Shown: one piece after another, positions 1 through 9,696 of the stretch
Layout of the letters: each line of letters opens with the position of its first letter
How positions within the stretch are numbered: the stretch's first letter is position 1
Source: Syntrophomonadaceae bacterium
Lineage (GTDB): Bacteria; Bacillota; Syntrophomonadia; Syntrophomonadales; Syntrophomonadaceae
NCBI GenBank assembly: GCA_035647815.1
Contig: DASRMR010000020.1
Span: 12,870-76,869 of the forward strand
DNA: 64,000 nucleotides
Direction: 5' to 3'
Made by a program: the position numbers and the translations under genes
The notes under the pieces: generated by a model
Database searches by the model: none
What the model saw: only the letters and a program-made list of their open reading frames with translations
Told to the model about the DNA's origin: nothing

Positions 1-159
1 ATGGCTGTAGTAACCCATGAAATGAATTTTGCTAAAGAGGTTGGAGATAGAGTTATTTTTATGGATGAGGGTCTTATCGTTGAAGAAGGTTTGCCTAGCC
101 ATATCTTTGATAATCCTAGCAACCAACGAACTCAATCGTTTTTAAGCAAAGTACTTTAA
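1..159 (+). CDS. Polar amino-acid ABC transporter ATP-binding protein, C-terminal fragment (runs off the window start)
   Basis: Frame 1 is open from base 1 to TAA at 157-159. The translation [27 protein letters not shown]...[15 protein letters not shown] is the typical GlnQ-type ATPase C-terminus. Confidence 0.75.
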   Translation: MAVVTHEMNFAKEVGDRVIFMDEGLIVEEGLPSHIFDNPSNQRTQSFLSKVL

Positions 160-174
160 AATAGAGAAATATAT

Positions 175-202
175 GGGCTAAGAGCAATCTTGGCCCTTTT
201 TT
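175..202 (+). terminator. Intrinsic terminator after the ABC ATPase fragment
   Basis: GGGCTAAGA / TCTTGGCCC stem followed by TTTTTT. Confidence 0.7.
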
Positions 203-229
203 AATTAATTTTATTGTTGGAGGTTGCAG

Positions 230-868
230 ATGAATAAGCCGAGGGTTATTCAGGTATTAGATCGATTAAAAGAACAGTTTCCCAACCCAAAAACTATGCT
301 GGATTATAACTCCTTATCCGAGTTGCTAGTTGCTATAGTATTATCTGCCCAAAGTACTGATGAGCAAGTAAATAAGGTTACGAAAAAACTTTTTGCCGAA
401 TATTCTACCTTAGAAGATTTTGCCTATGCTGATATACATGAGCTGGAGGAATTAATAAAAGGTGTAGGTATATATCGTAATAAAGCTAAAAACATTAAGG
501 CATTATCCAATATGGTTTTAGAAGAATATAAAGGAGAAATACCTTCGACACTTGAGGAACTTACTACATTACCTGGGGTAGGTAGAAAAACAGCTAATGT
601 AATGTTAGCTGTTGGCTTTAATCTACCAGGCTTAGGAATTGACACTCATGTGAGAAGGGTAGCTAATCGAATCGGTTTAGTAGCACTTAAAGACCCTACA
701 AAAATAGAGCTAAGTCTTAAAGATCAAATCCCTCGCACTAGGTGGGCAGAAGCACACCATTTACTAATTCTTCATGGTCGCCAAGTATGTAAAGCTAGAA
801 AGCCTGATTGTAATCTTTGTACGATAGCTGATATTTGTGATCAGGTATTAGATGATAAAAGTCTTTAA
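230..868 (+). CDS. nth: Endonuclease III (DNA-(apurinic/apyrimidinic site) lyase)
   Basis: HhH-GPD motif [13 protein letters not shown] and C-terminal Fe-S cluster loop [22 protein letters not shown] at 219-223 favours ATG 230 over the TTG 224 given in the ORF track. Confidence 0.9.
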   Translation: MNKPRVIQVLDRLKEQFPNPKTMLDYNSLSELLVAIVLSAQSTDEQVNKVTKKLFAEYSTLEDFAYADIHELEELIKGVGIYRNKAKNIKALSNMVLEEYKGEIPSTLEELTTLPGVGRKTANVMLAVGFNLPGLGIDTHVRRVANRIGLVALKDPTKIELSLKDQIPRTRWAEAHHLLILHGRQVCKARKPDCNLCTIADICDQVLDDKSL

Positions 869-2137
869 TATTTCTTTCACATCTTCTGATTGCCTATTAA
901 GAAGTTCAATCTGTTTAATCATTCCAGCTATGGCTTCCTCTTGATTATCAGCCAAACTGCAGATTTCTTGCGAATTATCCGCAGTTAATTTTGCAAAAGA
1001 GGCTAGATTTTGAACAGTTTCAACTACTTCATCTGTGGAGGCGGCCATCTGTTCAGTTGCTGCTGAAATTTCCTGAATATCAGTATCAATATTATTGACC
1101 GAAGTGACAATAGTATCGAAAATTGAACTAGTAGCGTTTATGGCTATAATTTGATCTCCATAAACATCTTTTGCGGTATCCATTTCTTTTACTACTTTAT
1201 TTGTATTAGTTTGCATTTGCTTAATTAATGATGTTATTTCAGCAGCTGACAAGGCTGATTGCTCTGCCAACTTTCCGACTTCATCAGCTACTACTGCAAA
1301 ACCTTTGCCATGCTCACCAGCACGTGCTGCTTCTATAGAGGCATTAAGTGCTAATAAATTTGTTTGATGTGCAATACTACTAATAACTTCTACAATCTGC
1401 CCGATTTGAGATGAATTATCATTGAGCATAGTAACTGCTAGGCTAACTTCTTGTAATGCAGCATGACTTTCATCAGCCTTTACATTTTGTGTCTGAACAG
1501 CTGCTAAGCCTTCTGCAATAGCTTTTTGAGTATTTACAGACATTTCCACACTTTGTTGGTTATTATTTGCTACTGATGTTATAGTTTGAGCTAAAGCAGT
1601 TATTAAGTTAGTAATATTATTAGTAGCTAATGCCTGATCAATAGATCCATGCGCAATATCATCAATAGATTTATTCACTTCAGAAGAAGCTGCTCCAGTT
1701 TCTTCTGATAAGGCTAACAAAACATTTGATGATTCAGCCATTACTATAGTAGCTTTATCTGTTTGAGTAATTAAATCTCGCAAACGATTAACCATATCAT
1801 TTAAAGCGTTAGCTACTATAGCCATATAACCTTGGTCAACATTTTCGATTTGTTTAGTAAGATTACCATTAGCAACTTCAGTAGCGAAATCAGCAATAAT
1901 TAAGGCTGGATCAACAAATTCCTTAAGATTTTTCCTCGAGGAAAAAAGCCCGATAAAAGCACCTCCTATTAATGCAAGAATAAAACCGATAATTATAGGA
2001 TTTAGATGAGGATATTTGATTACTATTGCTCCTACTGCAATACCAATAAAAGATGCCCCAACCGATGAACGTATACAAACCTTAATAATCATAGCTCTCT
2101 TATGATTTTGCGTTTTTCCAAGTGTTTGATGTCCCAT
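848..2137 (-). CDS. Methyl-accepting chemotaxis protein
   Basis: Conserved MCP signalling hairpin [40 protein letters not shown], with an N-terminal TM segment. The GGGGGG RBS favours ATG at 2137 (MGHQT...). Its 3' end overlaps the nth 3' end (convergent). Confidence 0.9.
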   Translation of the reverse strand: MGHQTLGKTQNHKRAMIIKVCIRSSVGASFIGIAVGAIVIKYPHLNPIIIGFILALIGGAFIGLFSSRKNLKEFVDPALIIADFATEVANGNLTKQIENVDQGYMAIVANALNDMVNRLRDLITQTDKATIVMAESSNVLLALSEETGAASSEVNKSIDDIAHGSIDQALATNNITNLITALAQTITSVANNNQQSVEMSVNTQKAIAEGLAAVQTQNVKADESHAALQEVSLAVTMLNDNSSQIGQIVEVISSIAHQTNLLALNASIEAARAGEHGKGFAVVADEVGKLAEQSALSAAEITSLIKQMQTNTNKVVKEMDTAKDVYGDQIIAINATSSIFDTIVTSVNNIDTDIQEISAATEQMAASTDEVVETVQNLASFAKLTADNSQEICSLADNQEEAIAGMIKQIELLNRQSEDVKEILKTFII

Positions 2138-2246
2138 TATTTTACCCCCCCACAAAACATTATTAATTACATTCGTTAGAAACAGAGACAATTCCTTCCA
2201 CATTAATCAAAGACATACAATATACTTTAGATAAAATGTGCTATAG

Positions 2247-2275
2247 TTGTCTTGAAACTTAGTATATGCTAAAAT
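2247..2275 (+). promoter_or_regulatory. Putative sigma-A promoter of the ileS leader (TTGTCT -35, extended -10 TGcTAAAAT)
   Basis: TGCTAAAAT at 2267-2275 with TTGTCT 17 nt upstream. About 200 nt of leader lies before ileS. Confidence 0.4.
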
Positions 2276-2402
2276 TAAATACGATTTTTAGCTAGATTTG
2301 CTAAATATCTCTGATTTGCTGATTTTACGTAAAAGTAGCTCCAGATTAGATATAATGGGGAATCTACCCTATGGCGAATGCTTTAAGCTATACTGCGGAA
2401 AG

Positions 2403-2436
2403 TACCTTTCGTCCTCTGGATGAAAGGTATTTATTA
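2403..2436 (+). terminator. Leader terminator/attenuator upstream of ileS (possible degenerate T-box expression platform)
   Basis: TACCTTTC-N11-GAAAGGTA stem followed by TTTATT, 40 nt before the ileS start. The upstream stretch CTATACTGCGGAAAG only loosely resembles the T-box GGTGGTACCGCG core. Confidence 0.45.
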
Positions 2437-2476
2437 ATTAATGAGATAAAATATACTGATGAGGTGTTTATTTAAT

Positions 2477-5251
2477 ATGGCTAAAGGAAAATACGATGAA
2501 ACTTTAAATCTACCAAAAACTGATTTCCCCATGCGAGCAAATTTACCTAAGAGGGAACCGGATATCCAAAAGAAATGGGAGGAAATAGATATATATAGGC
2601 AGGTCCAAGAAAAGAATGTCGGGAAACCGAAATTCATCCTTCATGATGGTCCTCCATATGCTAATGGTGATATCCATTTAGGTCATACACTTAACAAGGT
2701 GTTAAAAGATATTATTGTTAAGTATCGTTCTATGGCTGGCTATGACTCTCCTTATGTCCCTGGTTGGGATACCCATGGCTTACCTATCGAACAACAAGCT
2801 ATTAAAAACTTGAAATTAAATAGAAAAGAAATCGATATCGTTGAATTTAGAGGGTATTGTAGGGATTATGCTTTAAAATTTGTCGATATACAAAGAGAGC
2901 AGTTTAAAAGATTAGGTATAAGAGGGGATTGGGATAACCCTTATATCACTTTATTACCTGAATTTGAAGCTGTGCAAATTAAGGTATTCGGGGAAATGGC
3001 TAACAAGGGTTATATTTACAAAGGGTTAAAACCGGTTTATTGGTGTTCGAGTTGTGAAACTGCATTAGCTGAGGCTGAAATCGAATATCATGATAAGACA
3101 TCATCTTCAATTTATGTCAAATTTCCCGTATTAGATGGCAAAGGTGTAATTCCAGAAGATGCTTATCTTGTTATCTGGACTACTACTCCTTGGACTATAC
3201 CTTCGAATGTAGCAATATCCGTTCATCCAGAGTTTGATTATGTATTAGTCGAAGTTGAAAATGAAAAATATGTCATAGCAAAAGAATTAATAGATGAGAT
3301 TAGTTCTAACATGGAATGGTCTACTTACAAAATCATTAAGGAGTTTAAAGGTAAATCTTTAGAAATGATTAAATGTAAGCATCCATTAATCGAACGAGAA
3401 TCTTTAGTGATATTAGGTGATCATGTAACACTTGAAGCCGGAACAGGTTGTGTACATACTGCACCTGGGCATGGTGAAGATGACTTTTTCGTGGCGAAGA
3501 AATATGATTTAGAAGTAATTTCTCCAGTAGATGATGGTGGTGTTTTTACTGCAGAAGCTGGTAAATATAAAGGGATTTTTGTTCAAGATGCTGATAAACT
3601 TATTGTTGAAGATCTTAAGGAGCAAAACTTTTTACTTAAATCTAGTTTTATTGAGCATCAATATCCGTTTTGTTGGAGATGTAAAAAACCTGTTATATAT
3701 AGAGCTACTGAACAATGGTTTGCCTCAATAGATGGCTTTCGTCAAAATGCATTAGAAGCTATTGATAATGTAAATTGGATCCCAGTTTGGGGAAGAGAAC
3801 GTATTTACAGTATGGTAAGGGATAGAGGCGATTGGTGTATTTCTCGCCAACGTACTTGGGGTGTTCCTATTCCTATTTTTTATTGTGATGATTGTGGAGA
3901 AACTATTATTAATAAAGAAACTATCGATAGAGTAAGTAGTCTTTTCGGTGAGCATGGCTCAGATATTTGGTTTATTAAAACTGCTAATGAGTTAGTACCT
4001 CCTGGTATGAAATGTGCTTGTGGTAGTACGAGCTTTTACAAGGAAACTGATACAATGGATGTTTGGTTTGATTCTGGTTCGAGCCATATGGCAGTACTAG
4101 AGACTCATCCCGATTTACATTGGCCAGCTGATCTTTACTTAGAAGGTAGTGACCAACATAGAGGGTGGTTTAATTCATCATTATCTACTGCAGTAGCTGT
4201 TAAGGGAAGTGCACCATATAAGAGTGTACTAACTCACGGTTTTGTAGTCGATGAAAAAGGTGGAAAGATGTCTAAGTCTTTAGGCAATGTAGTAGATCCG
4301 CTAAAATTAACTAAAGAATTAGGTGCTGATATTCTACGCTTATGGGTATCTTCAGCAGATTACACTACTGATGTGTCAGTTTCTAATAATATTATTAAAC
4401 AGACTGCTGAGGCATATAGAAAAATACGCAATACTTGTAGATTTATATTAGGTAATCTCGATGGTTTTAATCCTGAAACAGATATAGTTGAATATGAAAA
4501 ATTAACTGAACTTGATAAATGGGCATTAATCAAAATGGATAAGCTGATTGAAAGAGTAACCAATGCATACGAAAAATATGAATTTCATGTTGTTTTCCAT
4601 TCAGTCCATAATTTTTGTACAGTAGATTTAAGTAATATTTATTTTGATATATTAAAAGACAAACTTTATTGTTCAGTACCTGATGATCCGGAAAGAAAAG
4701 CTGCTCAGACTGTATTATATACGCTGATTAATACTATAGTCGGTTTACTAACTCCTATATTAGCTTTTACTAGTGAAGAAATGTGGGGTTATATACGTAA
4801 AGAAGGTGAACCTGAAAGTGTCCAATTAACAGATTGGCCTGAAGTTATAGGTCTTAAAGATGACGAACTAGAGGCAAGAGTAGAGAAGATGTTAGAAACA
4901 AGAGAAGTTGTTACTAAAGCTTTGGAAGAGGCTCGTAAAGAGAAGGTTATCGGCCATTCCTTAGGGGCGAGGGTAATTTTATATGGTGAAGAAGAATGGC
5001 TAAAAGTATGGAATAATACTCCTGAACTAGAAAAGGTGCTTATCGTCTCTAAGGCAGATGTTGGCAGTCTTGCAAACAAGCCGGCCGAGGCTGTTGCATT
5101 AGAGAACATTCCAGGTGTTTGGGTAGAAATCAAAGTAGCAGAAGGTGAAAAATGTGAACGTTGTTGGATAACTGAAGAGACAGTTGGTAATAACGAAGTG
5201 CACCCAACTCTTTGTAAGAGATGTAGTAATGTAATAGAACACCTAGGTTGA
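2477..5251 (+). CDS. ileS: Isoleucine--tRNA ligase
   Basis: HIGH motif (PPYANGDIHLGH), KMSKS motif (GGKMSKSLGN) and C-terminal Zn-binding CERCW...CKRC. Start taken at MAKGKYDETLNLPKT. Confidence 0.97.
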   Translation: MAKGKYDETLNLPKTDFPMRANLPKREPDIQKKWEEIDIYRQVQEKNVGKPKFILHDGPPYANGDIHLGHTLNKVLKDIIVKYRSMAGYDSPYVPGWDTHGLPIEQQAIKNLKLNRKEIDIVEFRGYCRDYALKFVDIQREQFKRLGIRGDWDNPYITLLPEFEAVQIKVFGEMANKGYIYKGLKPVYWCSSCETALAEAEIEYHDKTSSSIYVKFPVLDGKGVIPEDAYLVIWTTTPWTIPSNVAISVHPEFDYVLVEVENEKYVIAKELIDEISSNMEWSTYKIIKEFKGKSLEMIKCKHPLIERESLVILGDHVTLEAGTGCVHTAPGHGEDDFFVAKKYDLEVISPVDDGGVFTAEAGKYKGIFVQDADKLIVEDLKEQNFLLKSSFIEHQYPFCWRCKKPVIYRATEQWFASIDGFRQNALEAIDNVNWIPVWGRERIYSMVRDRGDWCISRQRTWGVPIPIFYCDDCGETIINKETIDRVSSLFGEHGSDIWFIKTANELVPPGMKCACGSTSFYKETDTMDVWFDSGSSHMAVLETHPDLHWPADLYLEGSDQHRGWFNSSLSTAVAVKGSAPYKSVLTHGFVVDEKGGKMSKSLGNVVDPLKLTKELGADILRLWVSSADYTTDVSVSNNIIKQTAEAYRKIRNTCRFILGNLDGFNPETDIVEYEKLTELDKWALIKMDKLIERVTNAYEKYEFHVVFHSVHNFCTVDLSNIYFDILKDKLYCSVPDDPERKAAQTVLYTLINTIVGLLTPILAFTSEEMWGYIRKEGEPESVQLTDWPEVIGLKDDELEARVEKMLETREVVTKALEEARKEKVIGHSLGARVILYGEEEWLKVWNNTPELEKVLIVSKADVGSLANKPAEAVALENIPGVWVEIKVAEGEKCERCWITEETVGNNEVHPTLCKRCSNVIEHLG

Positions 5252-5265
5252 TTGGAGTGAAGAAT

Positions 5266-5547
5266 ATGGAAGAAGGCAAAAAACTAATAATTACCGTACT
5301 AGGACATGATAAAGTCGGTATAATAGCAGGAATATCGAACATTTTAGCTGAAACCCATATAAATATATTAGATATTAGTCAAACTATATTACAAGGTTTT
5401 TTTACCATGATAATGGTAGTTGAAATTTCACAAAGTAATTTAGATATTGATACATTAAGGAAAAGACTAAGGGCTAAAGGTGAAGAATTGGAACTTGAAA
5501 TAACTGTCCAACATGAAGATATATTTAAGTTTATGCATCGAATATAA
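5266..5547 (+). CDS. ACT-domain protein (UPF0237-like)
   Basis: About 93 aa with VLGHDKVGIIAGISNILAETHINILDISQT, typical of stand-alone ACT proteins. GGAG precedes ATG 5266. Confidence 0.7.
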   Translation: MEEGKKLIITVLGHDKVGIIAGISNILAETHINILDISQTILQGFFTMIMVVEISQSNLDIDTLRKRLRAKGEELELEITVQHEDIFKFMHRI

Positions 5548-5665
5548 GTAATCTTAAACAGGGATATAATCTCTTGCCAGAGCTTTTCAGCTATATATCT
5601 TGAAATTAAATTATGAGTAACTTAATAAATCGTCGTATAACGAACAGTATATACGGTAGCGTGAG

Positions 5666-5696
5666 AGGAGCTGAATATAATAATTATTCAGCTCCT
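5666..5696 (+). terminator. Hairpin terminator downstream of the ACT gene
   Basis: AGGAGCTGAATA-loop-TATTCAGCTCCT, a 12-bp perfect stem. The T-tract is weak. Confidence 0.5.
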
Positions 5697-5758
5697 ATTA
5701 GATTATTTATAAGTTAAAATATGATTAGTTAGTAAATCATCTAGCGGTGGAGGCTATT

Positions 5759-7780
5759 ATGGATAAAGTTTTTAGAGAAATACAGTATGTAAAAGGAATA
5801 GGTCCTAAAAGGAGCCAAACCTTAGCCAGGCTAAATATTAATACAGTTTTTGATCTTCTTTGGCATATGCCGAGAGCTTATATAAACAGGGAAAACTTAC
5901 AAGGTATTGCTGAAGTCAAAACCGGGGAACAAGCTAATTTAAAAGGAAAAATATTAACAGTTGAAAAAAGCCGATCTAGAAATGGAATGCATATTTTTAA
6001 AGCTACTATAGAAGATAGGACAGGGTTAATCCGAGCAGTGTGGTTTAATCAACCCTACTTGGTGAGATATGTTAAACCAGGTCAAGAAATTTACGTTAGT
6101 GGCAAGGTGAAAAATTCCTATGGTGGATTAGAATTAACAGTATCAGAATATGAGTTGATAAGTACACATGAAGATAATAGGAAAGTTTTGCCTATTTATG
6201 CATTGACAGAAGGGTTAAACCAGAAATTCATGCGTTCTATTGTCTTGAATGTATTAAATGATTTTCTACCTTTATATCCTGAGATATTTTCGGATTCGAT
6301 TAGAGAAGAATATGGTTTAGGTGATATTAGGTCAGCATTTAAAAACATGCATTTTCCTGATAGTAGAAAAGCTTATGCGATTGCTAGAAGGAGATTAGCC
6401 TTAGAGGAATTATTTTTATTCCAGTTAAGTTTAATTAAAAAACCATCGATTTCACATGGATATACAATACATAAGGAAAAAACCGATTTAGTAGCTACTA
6501 TAAATGAAAGTATTCCCTTTGAATTGACTAATGCTCAAAAGCGTGTTTTACAAGAACTATATACAGATATGGAAAACCCCATATCTATGAATAGACTTAT
6601 ACAAGGTGATGTTGGCTCTGGAAAGACAGTTGTAGCCGCTTTAGCTATGGCGAAATGCGTAGCTAGTGGTTACCAAAGTGCTTTAATGGCTCCAACTGAA
6701 ATATTAGCTAAGCAACATTTTAAATCATTATCTAAATTCTTTAACCAATCGGAAGTAGTTATTGCTTGTCTGACTGGATCGACTGGGGCAGCTGAAAAAA
6801 GAATGATAGTAGAGGCAGTTGCGGCAGGCAATATTGACATACTAGTAGGAACTCACAGTCTGATTCAAGAGGGTATACATTTTAGAAATCTAGGCTTAGC
6901 AGTCATAGATGAACAACATAGATTTGGGGTTAAACAGAGGGCTACATTAGTTAATAAGGGTTTTTACCCAGATCTTATAGTGATGACTGCAACCCCGATT
7001 CCACGGACATTAGCCTTGACTGTTTATGGGGATTTAGATCTTTCCGTGATAGATGAGTTACCTCCGGGACGAAAACCGATTAAAACTTATTATATTAAAA
7101 GTTCTCATCGTAATAGGGTTTATGATTTTGTGCAAAAAGAGCTGGAAAAAGAGGCTCAAGTATATATAGTATGTCCTTTAGTTGAAGAATCGGAAAAACA
7201 GGATTTACAAGCTGCAGTTACATTGTATGAAGAGTTAAAAAACGGTGTTTTCAAAGTTTTTAATGTAGGTTTAATACATGGCCGTTTAAAGGCTGAAGAA
7301 AAAGATTATACTATGAATCGTTTGCAACGAGGTGAAATAGATGTATTAGTGTCTACTACTGTTATAGAAGTAGGGGTAGATGTTCCTAATGCTTCGATAA
7401 TTGTTATCGAGCAAGCAGAAAGATTTGGTTTATCTCAATTACATCAGTTGAGAGGTCGAGTAGGGCGAGGAAATATTGAGTCACATTGCTTTTTGATTGC
7501 AGAGCCTAAAACGGAAGAAGCTATACGCAGATTAAAAGCTATGGAAAAGACGAATGATGGATTTGTTTTGGCTACGGAAGATTTAGTTATTAGAGGTCCA
7601 GGTGATTTCTGGGGAGTTAGACAACATGGATTAGACCAATTAAAAGTGGCTAATTTAGTAAAAGATACTAAACTAATAGAGTTAAGTAAAAGAATTATTG
7701 ATATTCATGGTCCTTTTGAAAATTTACAATATTATGTTGACGAGAAATTTAAAACGAATTCTGAAATTGCTCCAAATTAG
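5759..7780 (+). CDS. recG: ATP-dependent DNA helicase RecG
   Basis: Wedge/OB N-terminus, Walker A GDVGSGKT, DEQH box, and motif VI QLHQLRGRVGRG. GGAGG at 5749-5753 favours ATG 5759. Confidence 0.95.
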   Translation: MDKVFREIQYVKGIGPKRSQTLARLNINTVFDLLWHMPRAYINRENLQGIAEVKTGEQANLKGKILTVEKSRSRNGMHIFKATIEDRTGLIRAVWFNQPYLVRYVKPGQEIYVSGKVKNSYGGLELTVSEYELISTHEDNRKVLPIYALTEGLNQKFMRSIVLNVLNDFLPLYPEIFSDSIREEYGLGDIRSAFKNMHFPDSRKAYAIARRRLALEELFLFQLSLIKKPSISHGYTIHKEKTDLVATINESIPFELTNAQKRVLQELYTDMENPISMNRLIQGDVGSGKTVVAALAMAKCVASGYQSALMAPTEILAKQHFKSLSKFFNQSEVVIACLTGSTGAAEKRMIVEAVAAGNIDILVGTHSLIQEGIHFRNLGLAVIDEQHRFGVKQRATLVNKGFYPDLIVMTATPIPRTLALTVYGDLDLSVIDELPPGRKPIKTYYIKSSHRNRVYDFVQKELEKEAQVYIVCPLVEESEKQDLQAAVTLYEELKNGVFKVFNVGLIHGRLKAEEKDYTMNRLQRGEIDVLVSTTVIEVGVDVPNASIIVIEQAERFGLSQLHQLRGRVGRGNIESHCFLIAEPKTEEAIRRLKAMEKTNDGFVLATEDLVIRGPGDFWGVRQHGLDQLKVANLVKDTKLIELSKRIIDIHGPFENLQYYVDEKFKTNSEIAPN

Positions 7781-7830
7781 AATGAACAAATTTTGGAGTA
7801 ATAAAAACACTTAAAAATATTTATCCTATA

Positions 7831-7862
7831 ACTGCGAGCTAATTCGCAGTTTTTCTTTTTTT
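7831..7862 (+). terminator. Intrinsic terminator after recG
   Basis: ACTGCGA-GCTAAT-TCGCAGT followed by TTTTTCTTTTTTT. Confidence 0.8.
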
Positions 7863-7899
7863 ATTATCACTTAATAATTAAAAAATGGAGGTTTGATTG

Positions 7900-8034
7900 A
7901 TGGCTAAGTCTACAAATTCGAGGAAAGGTATCAAAAAGGTTAAGTTTGAGGTAGCACAAGAAATAGGCATACATGAAGTAGATAAAAAAGAAATAGGCAA
8001 AGGAGAAAAGAGCAAAAACGAATCTAATAGGTAA
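7900..8034 (+). CDS. 44-aa truncated alpha/beta-type SASP-like micro-ORF
   Basis: Not in the ORF track because it is under 60 aa. GGAGG lies 8 nt upstream of ATG 7900. MAKSTNSRKGIKKVKFEVAQEIGIHEV... matches the first helix of alpha/beta SASPs (K-[FY]-E-[IV]-A-Q-E-x-G-[IV]) and then diverges. Confidence 0.45.
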   Translation: MAKSTNSRKGIKKVKFEVAQEIGIHEVDKKEIGKGEKSKNESNR

Positions 8035-8123
8035 AAATCTAAAATTGATGAAAATAATTCTAGCATATAACTTCTTGCTAAGGACACAATAAGATTACAC
8101 TCAATAAAGGAGGTGAAAATAAA

Positions 8124-8393
8124 ATGGCAAGTAATAGCAGCAAACAAATATTAGTTCCTCAGGCTAGAGCAGCAATGGATCAGTTTAAATTTGAAGCTGC
8201 CCAGGAAGTTGGAGTTAATTTAAAAGATGGTTATAATGGTGACTTAACTTCTCGTCAAGCTGGTAGTATTGGCGGACAGATGGTTAAGAAAATGGTTTAT
8301 GATTATCAGCAGAGACAAGCTGGTGGATCTGCCCAAGGTTTAAACATGACTCAAGATCTTAATACTATAAAGCAACAAAATAGTATGTCTTAA
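8124..8393 (+). CDS. Small acid-soluble spore protein, alpha/beta type (with C-terminal extension)
   Basis: QILVPQARAAMDQFKFEAAQEVGVNL...TSRQAGSIGGQMVKKMV is the canonical alpha/beta SASP signature. AGGAGGTG RBS. Confidence 0.9.
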   Translation: MASNSSKQILVPQARAAMDQFKFEAAQEVGVNLKDGYNGDLTSRQAGSIGGQMVKKMVYDYQQRQAGGSAQGLNMTQDLNTIKQQNSMS

Positions 8394-8424
8394 TTTAAAA
8401 CTTCATACTAACCATACTATAAGA

Positions 8425-8460
8425 ACAAGCGGATGTACCATATCCGCTTGTTTTCATTTT
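8425..8460. terminator. Terminator between the convergent SASP and gpr genes
   Basis: ACAAGCGGAT-loop-ATCCGCTTGT followed by TTTCATTTT. Confidence 0.7.
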
Positions 8461-8471
8461 AAAGTGAAACT

Positions 8472-9440
8472 TTAATTCGCATATAGCTCTAATTGTTCTT
8501 CACTAATACCCGGGAATAATGATTTACTAATTCCCATAGCAATTATTTTGGAAGCATTTTCTATTATATCATCTATTTCTTTTGGTGTAACCCCTAGACT
8601 ACCACCGAAAAAAGAAAGGATATCTTTGATAGAATCAATCGCTTTAGTATCATTATACATAGCACCACTATTAAGGCAGAATTTTTTAATAGCTTGGTGG
8701 GCAATTACGCTAGCATTAACAATTGTAGGACACCCTACTGCTATAACTGGTACTCCTAATCCTTCTTCGTTAAGTGCATGTCTAGCATTACCAACTCCAG
8801 CTCCAGGCTGAATACCTGTATTAGACATTTGAATAGTAGTACCGATTCTATCAACATTTTGAGCAGCTAATGCATCAACTGCAACGATTAAGGCAGGTTT
8901 AGTTTTTTCAACAATTCCTTTTATAACTTCAAAAGTTTCTAATCCTGTTATTCCTAATACACCAGGGGCAATTCCACAAGTAGGTCTCATCCCTTCCACT
9001 AATGCCTCAGGTGCATGTTCATGATAATGTCTTGTTATAGGACTATATTCTATAAATGTTGGCCCTAGTGCGTCTGCTGTAGCTCTCCAGTTGCCAAGAC
9101 CTACTAATAAAACGGTATCATTTGAGTTCAGTAAATCCCCCATTAGATTATGCATAGATTTCTCCATACTATCTATTATTTCTTCTTTTACATATGGATC
9201 ATTAATTTTAAGGGGTGGAGATTCAATAGTTACATATTTACCTATAGGGCGACCCATTTTTTCGGCTCCCATTTTATTTAAAATTGTTATAGTAGTTATT
9301 TTGATATGTTCAAGATTTTCCACATCTTCACGGACACCAGAGATTTCCACATCAGCAGTTCCACGTACTAAATCGCATGCTTCTACAGCTAAATCAACAT
9401 TAAGATTAAATTCTTTAATAATATTTTGCAAATTTATCAA
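8472..9440 (-). CDS. gpr: Spore germination protease GPR
   Basis: 322 aa with VLLVGLGNWRATADALGP and IVAVDALAA motifs typical of GPR endopeptidase. It lies next to its SASP substrates. Confidence 0.88.
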   Translation of the reverse strand: MINLQNIIKEFNLNVDLAVEACDLVRGTADVEISGVREDVENLEHIKITTITILNKMGAEKMGRPIGKYVTIESPPLKINDPYVKEEIIDSMEKSMHNLMGDLLNSNDTVLLVGLGNWRATADALGPTFIEYSPITRHYHEHAPEALVEGMRPTCGIAPGVLGITGLETFEVIKGIVEKTKPALIVAVDALAAQNVDRIGTTIQMSNTGIQPGAGVGNARHALNEEGLGVPVIAVGCPTIVNASVIAHQAIKKFCLNSGAMYNDTKAIDSIKDILSFFGGSLGVTPKEIDDIIENASKIIAMGISKSLFPGISEEQLELYAN

Positions 9441-9490
9441 CCTCCTTTGCTTATATTATCCGTTGGTAGAGGTAAATTTATGCAAATAAT

Positions 9491-9520
9491 AAAAATGGCG
9501 ACCTTTTGGTCGCCATTTTT
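9491..9520. terminator. Orphan bidirectional terminator-like hairpin in the gpr/rsmD divergent intergenic region
   Basis: AAAAATGGCGACC-TTTT-GGTCGCCATTTTT, a perfect 13-bp stem with A/T runs on both sides. No annotated gene ends here. Confidence 0.5.
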
Positions 9521-9696
9521 GGGGAGAGGAGAATTTTGTAAAGTTGTTGGGGAGGGTTTGTTTTACCAGATTTATTCTGGTACTTATATAATTGCCTGGA
9601 ATAAGAAATTATATACAAGAAATTAAAAATTATTTTGTGGTAGAATTATTGAAAAGGATAAAGGAACTAATTGGCGAAATTAAAAGGAGAACGATT

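Noticed and set aside
2434-5342. ORF-track entries antisense to or overlapping ileS (2434..2637, 3531..3731, 3752..3955, 4360..4563, 4789..5133, 5130..5342).
   Set aside because: They lie entirely inside or across the strongly supported ileS and ACT genes. None has an RBS or a recognisable motif. Their composition is typical of shadow ORFs in AT-rich DNA.
5612-5716. 34-codon ORF (MSNLINRR...) between the ACT gene and recG.
   Set aside because: It has no RBS, it overlaps the 5666-5696 hairpin, and it has no recognisable motif.
7878-8147. 89-aa minus-strand ORF across the SASP region.
   Set aside because: It is antisense to two plus-strand SASP-type ORFs that have good RBSs and family motifs. 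Its own sequence is low-complexity and hydrophobic.
9426-9626. 66-aa plus-strand ORF in the gpr/rsmD intergenic region.
   Set aside because: It contains the perfect terminator hairpin (9491-9520) within its reading frame and shows no conservation signal I can recognise. The hairpins themselves are reported as a finding instead.
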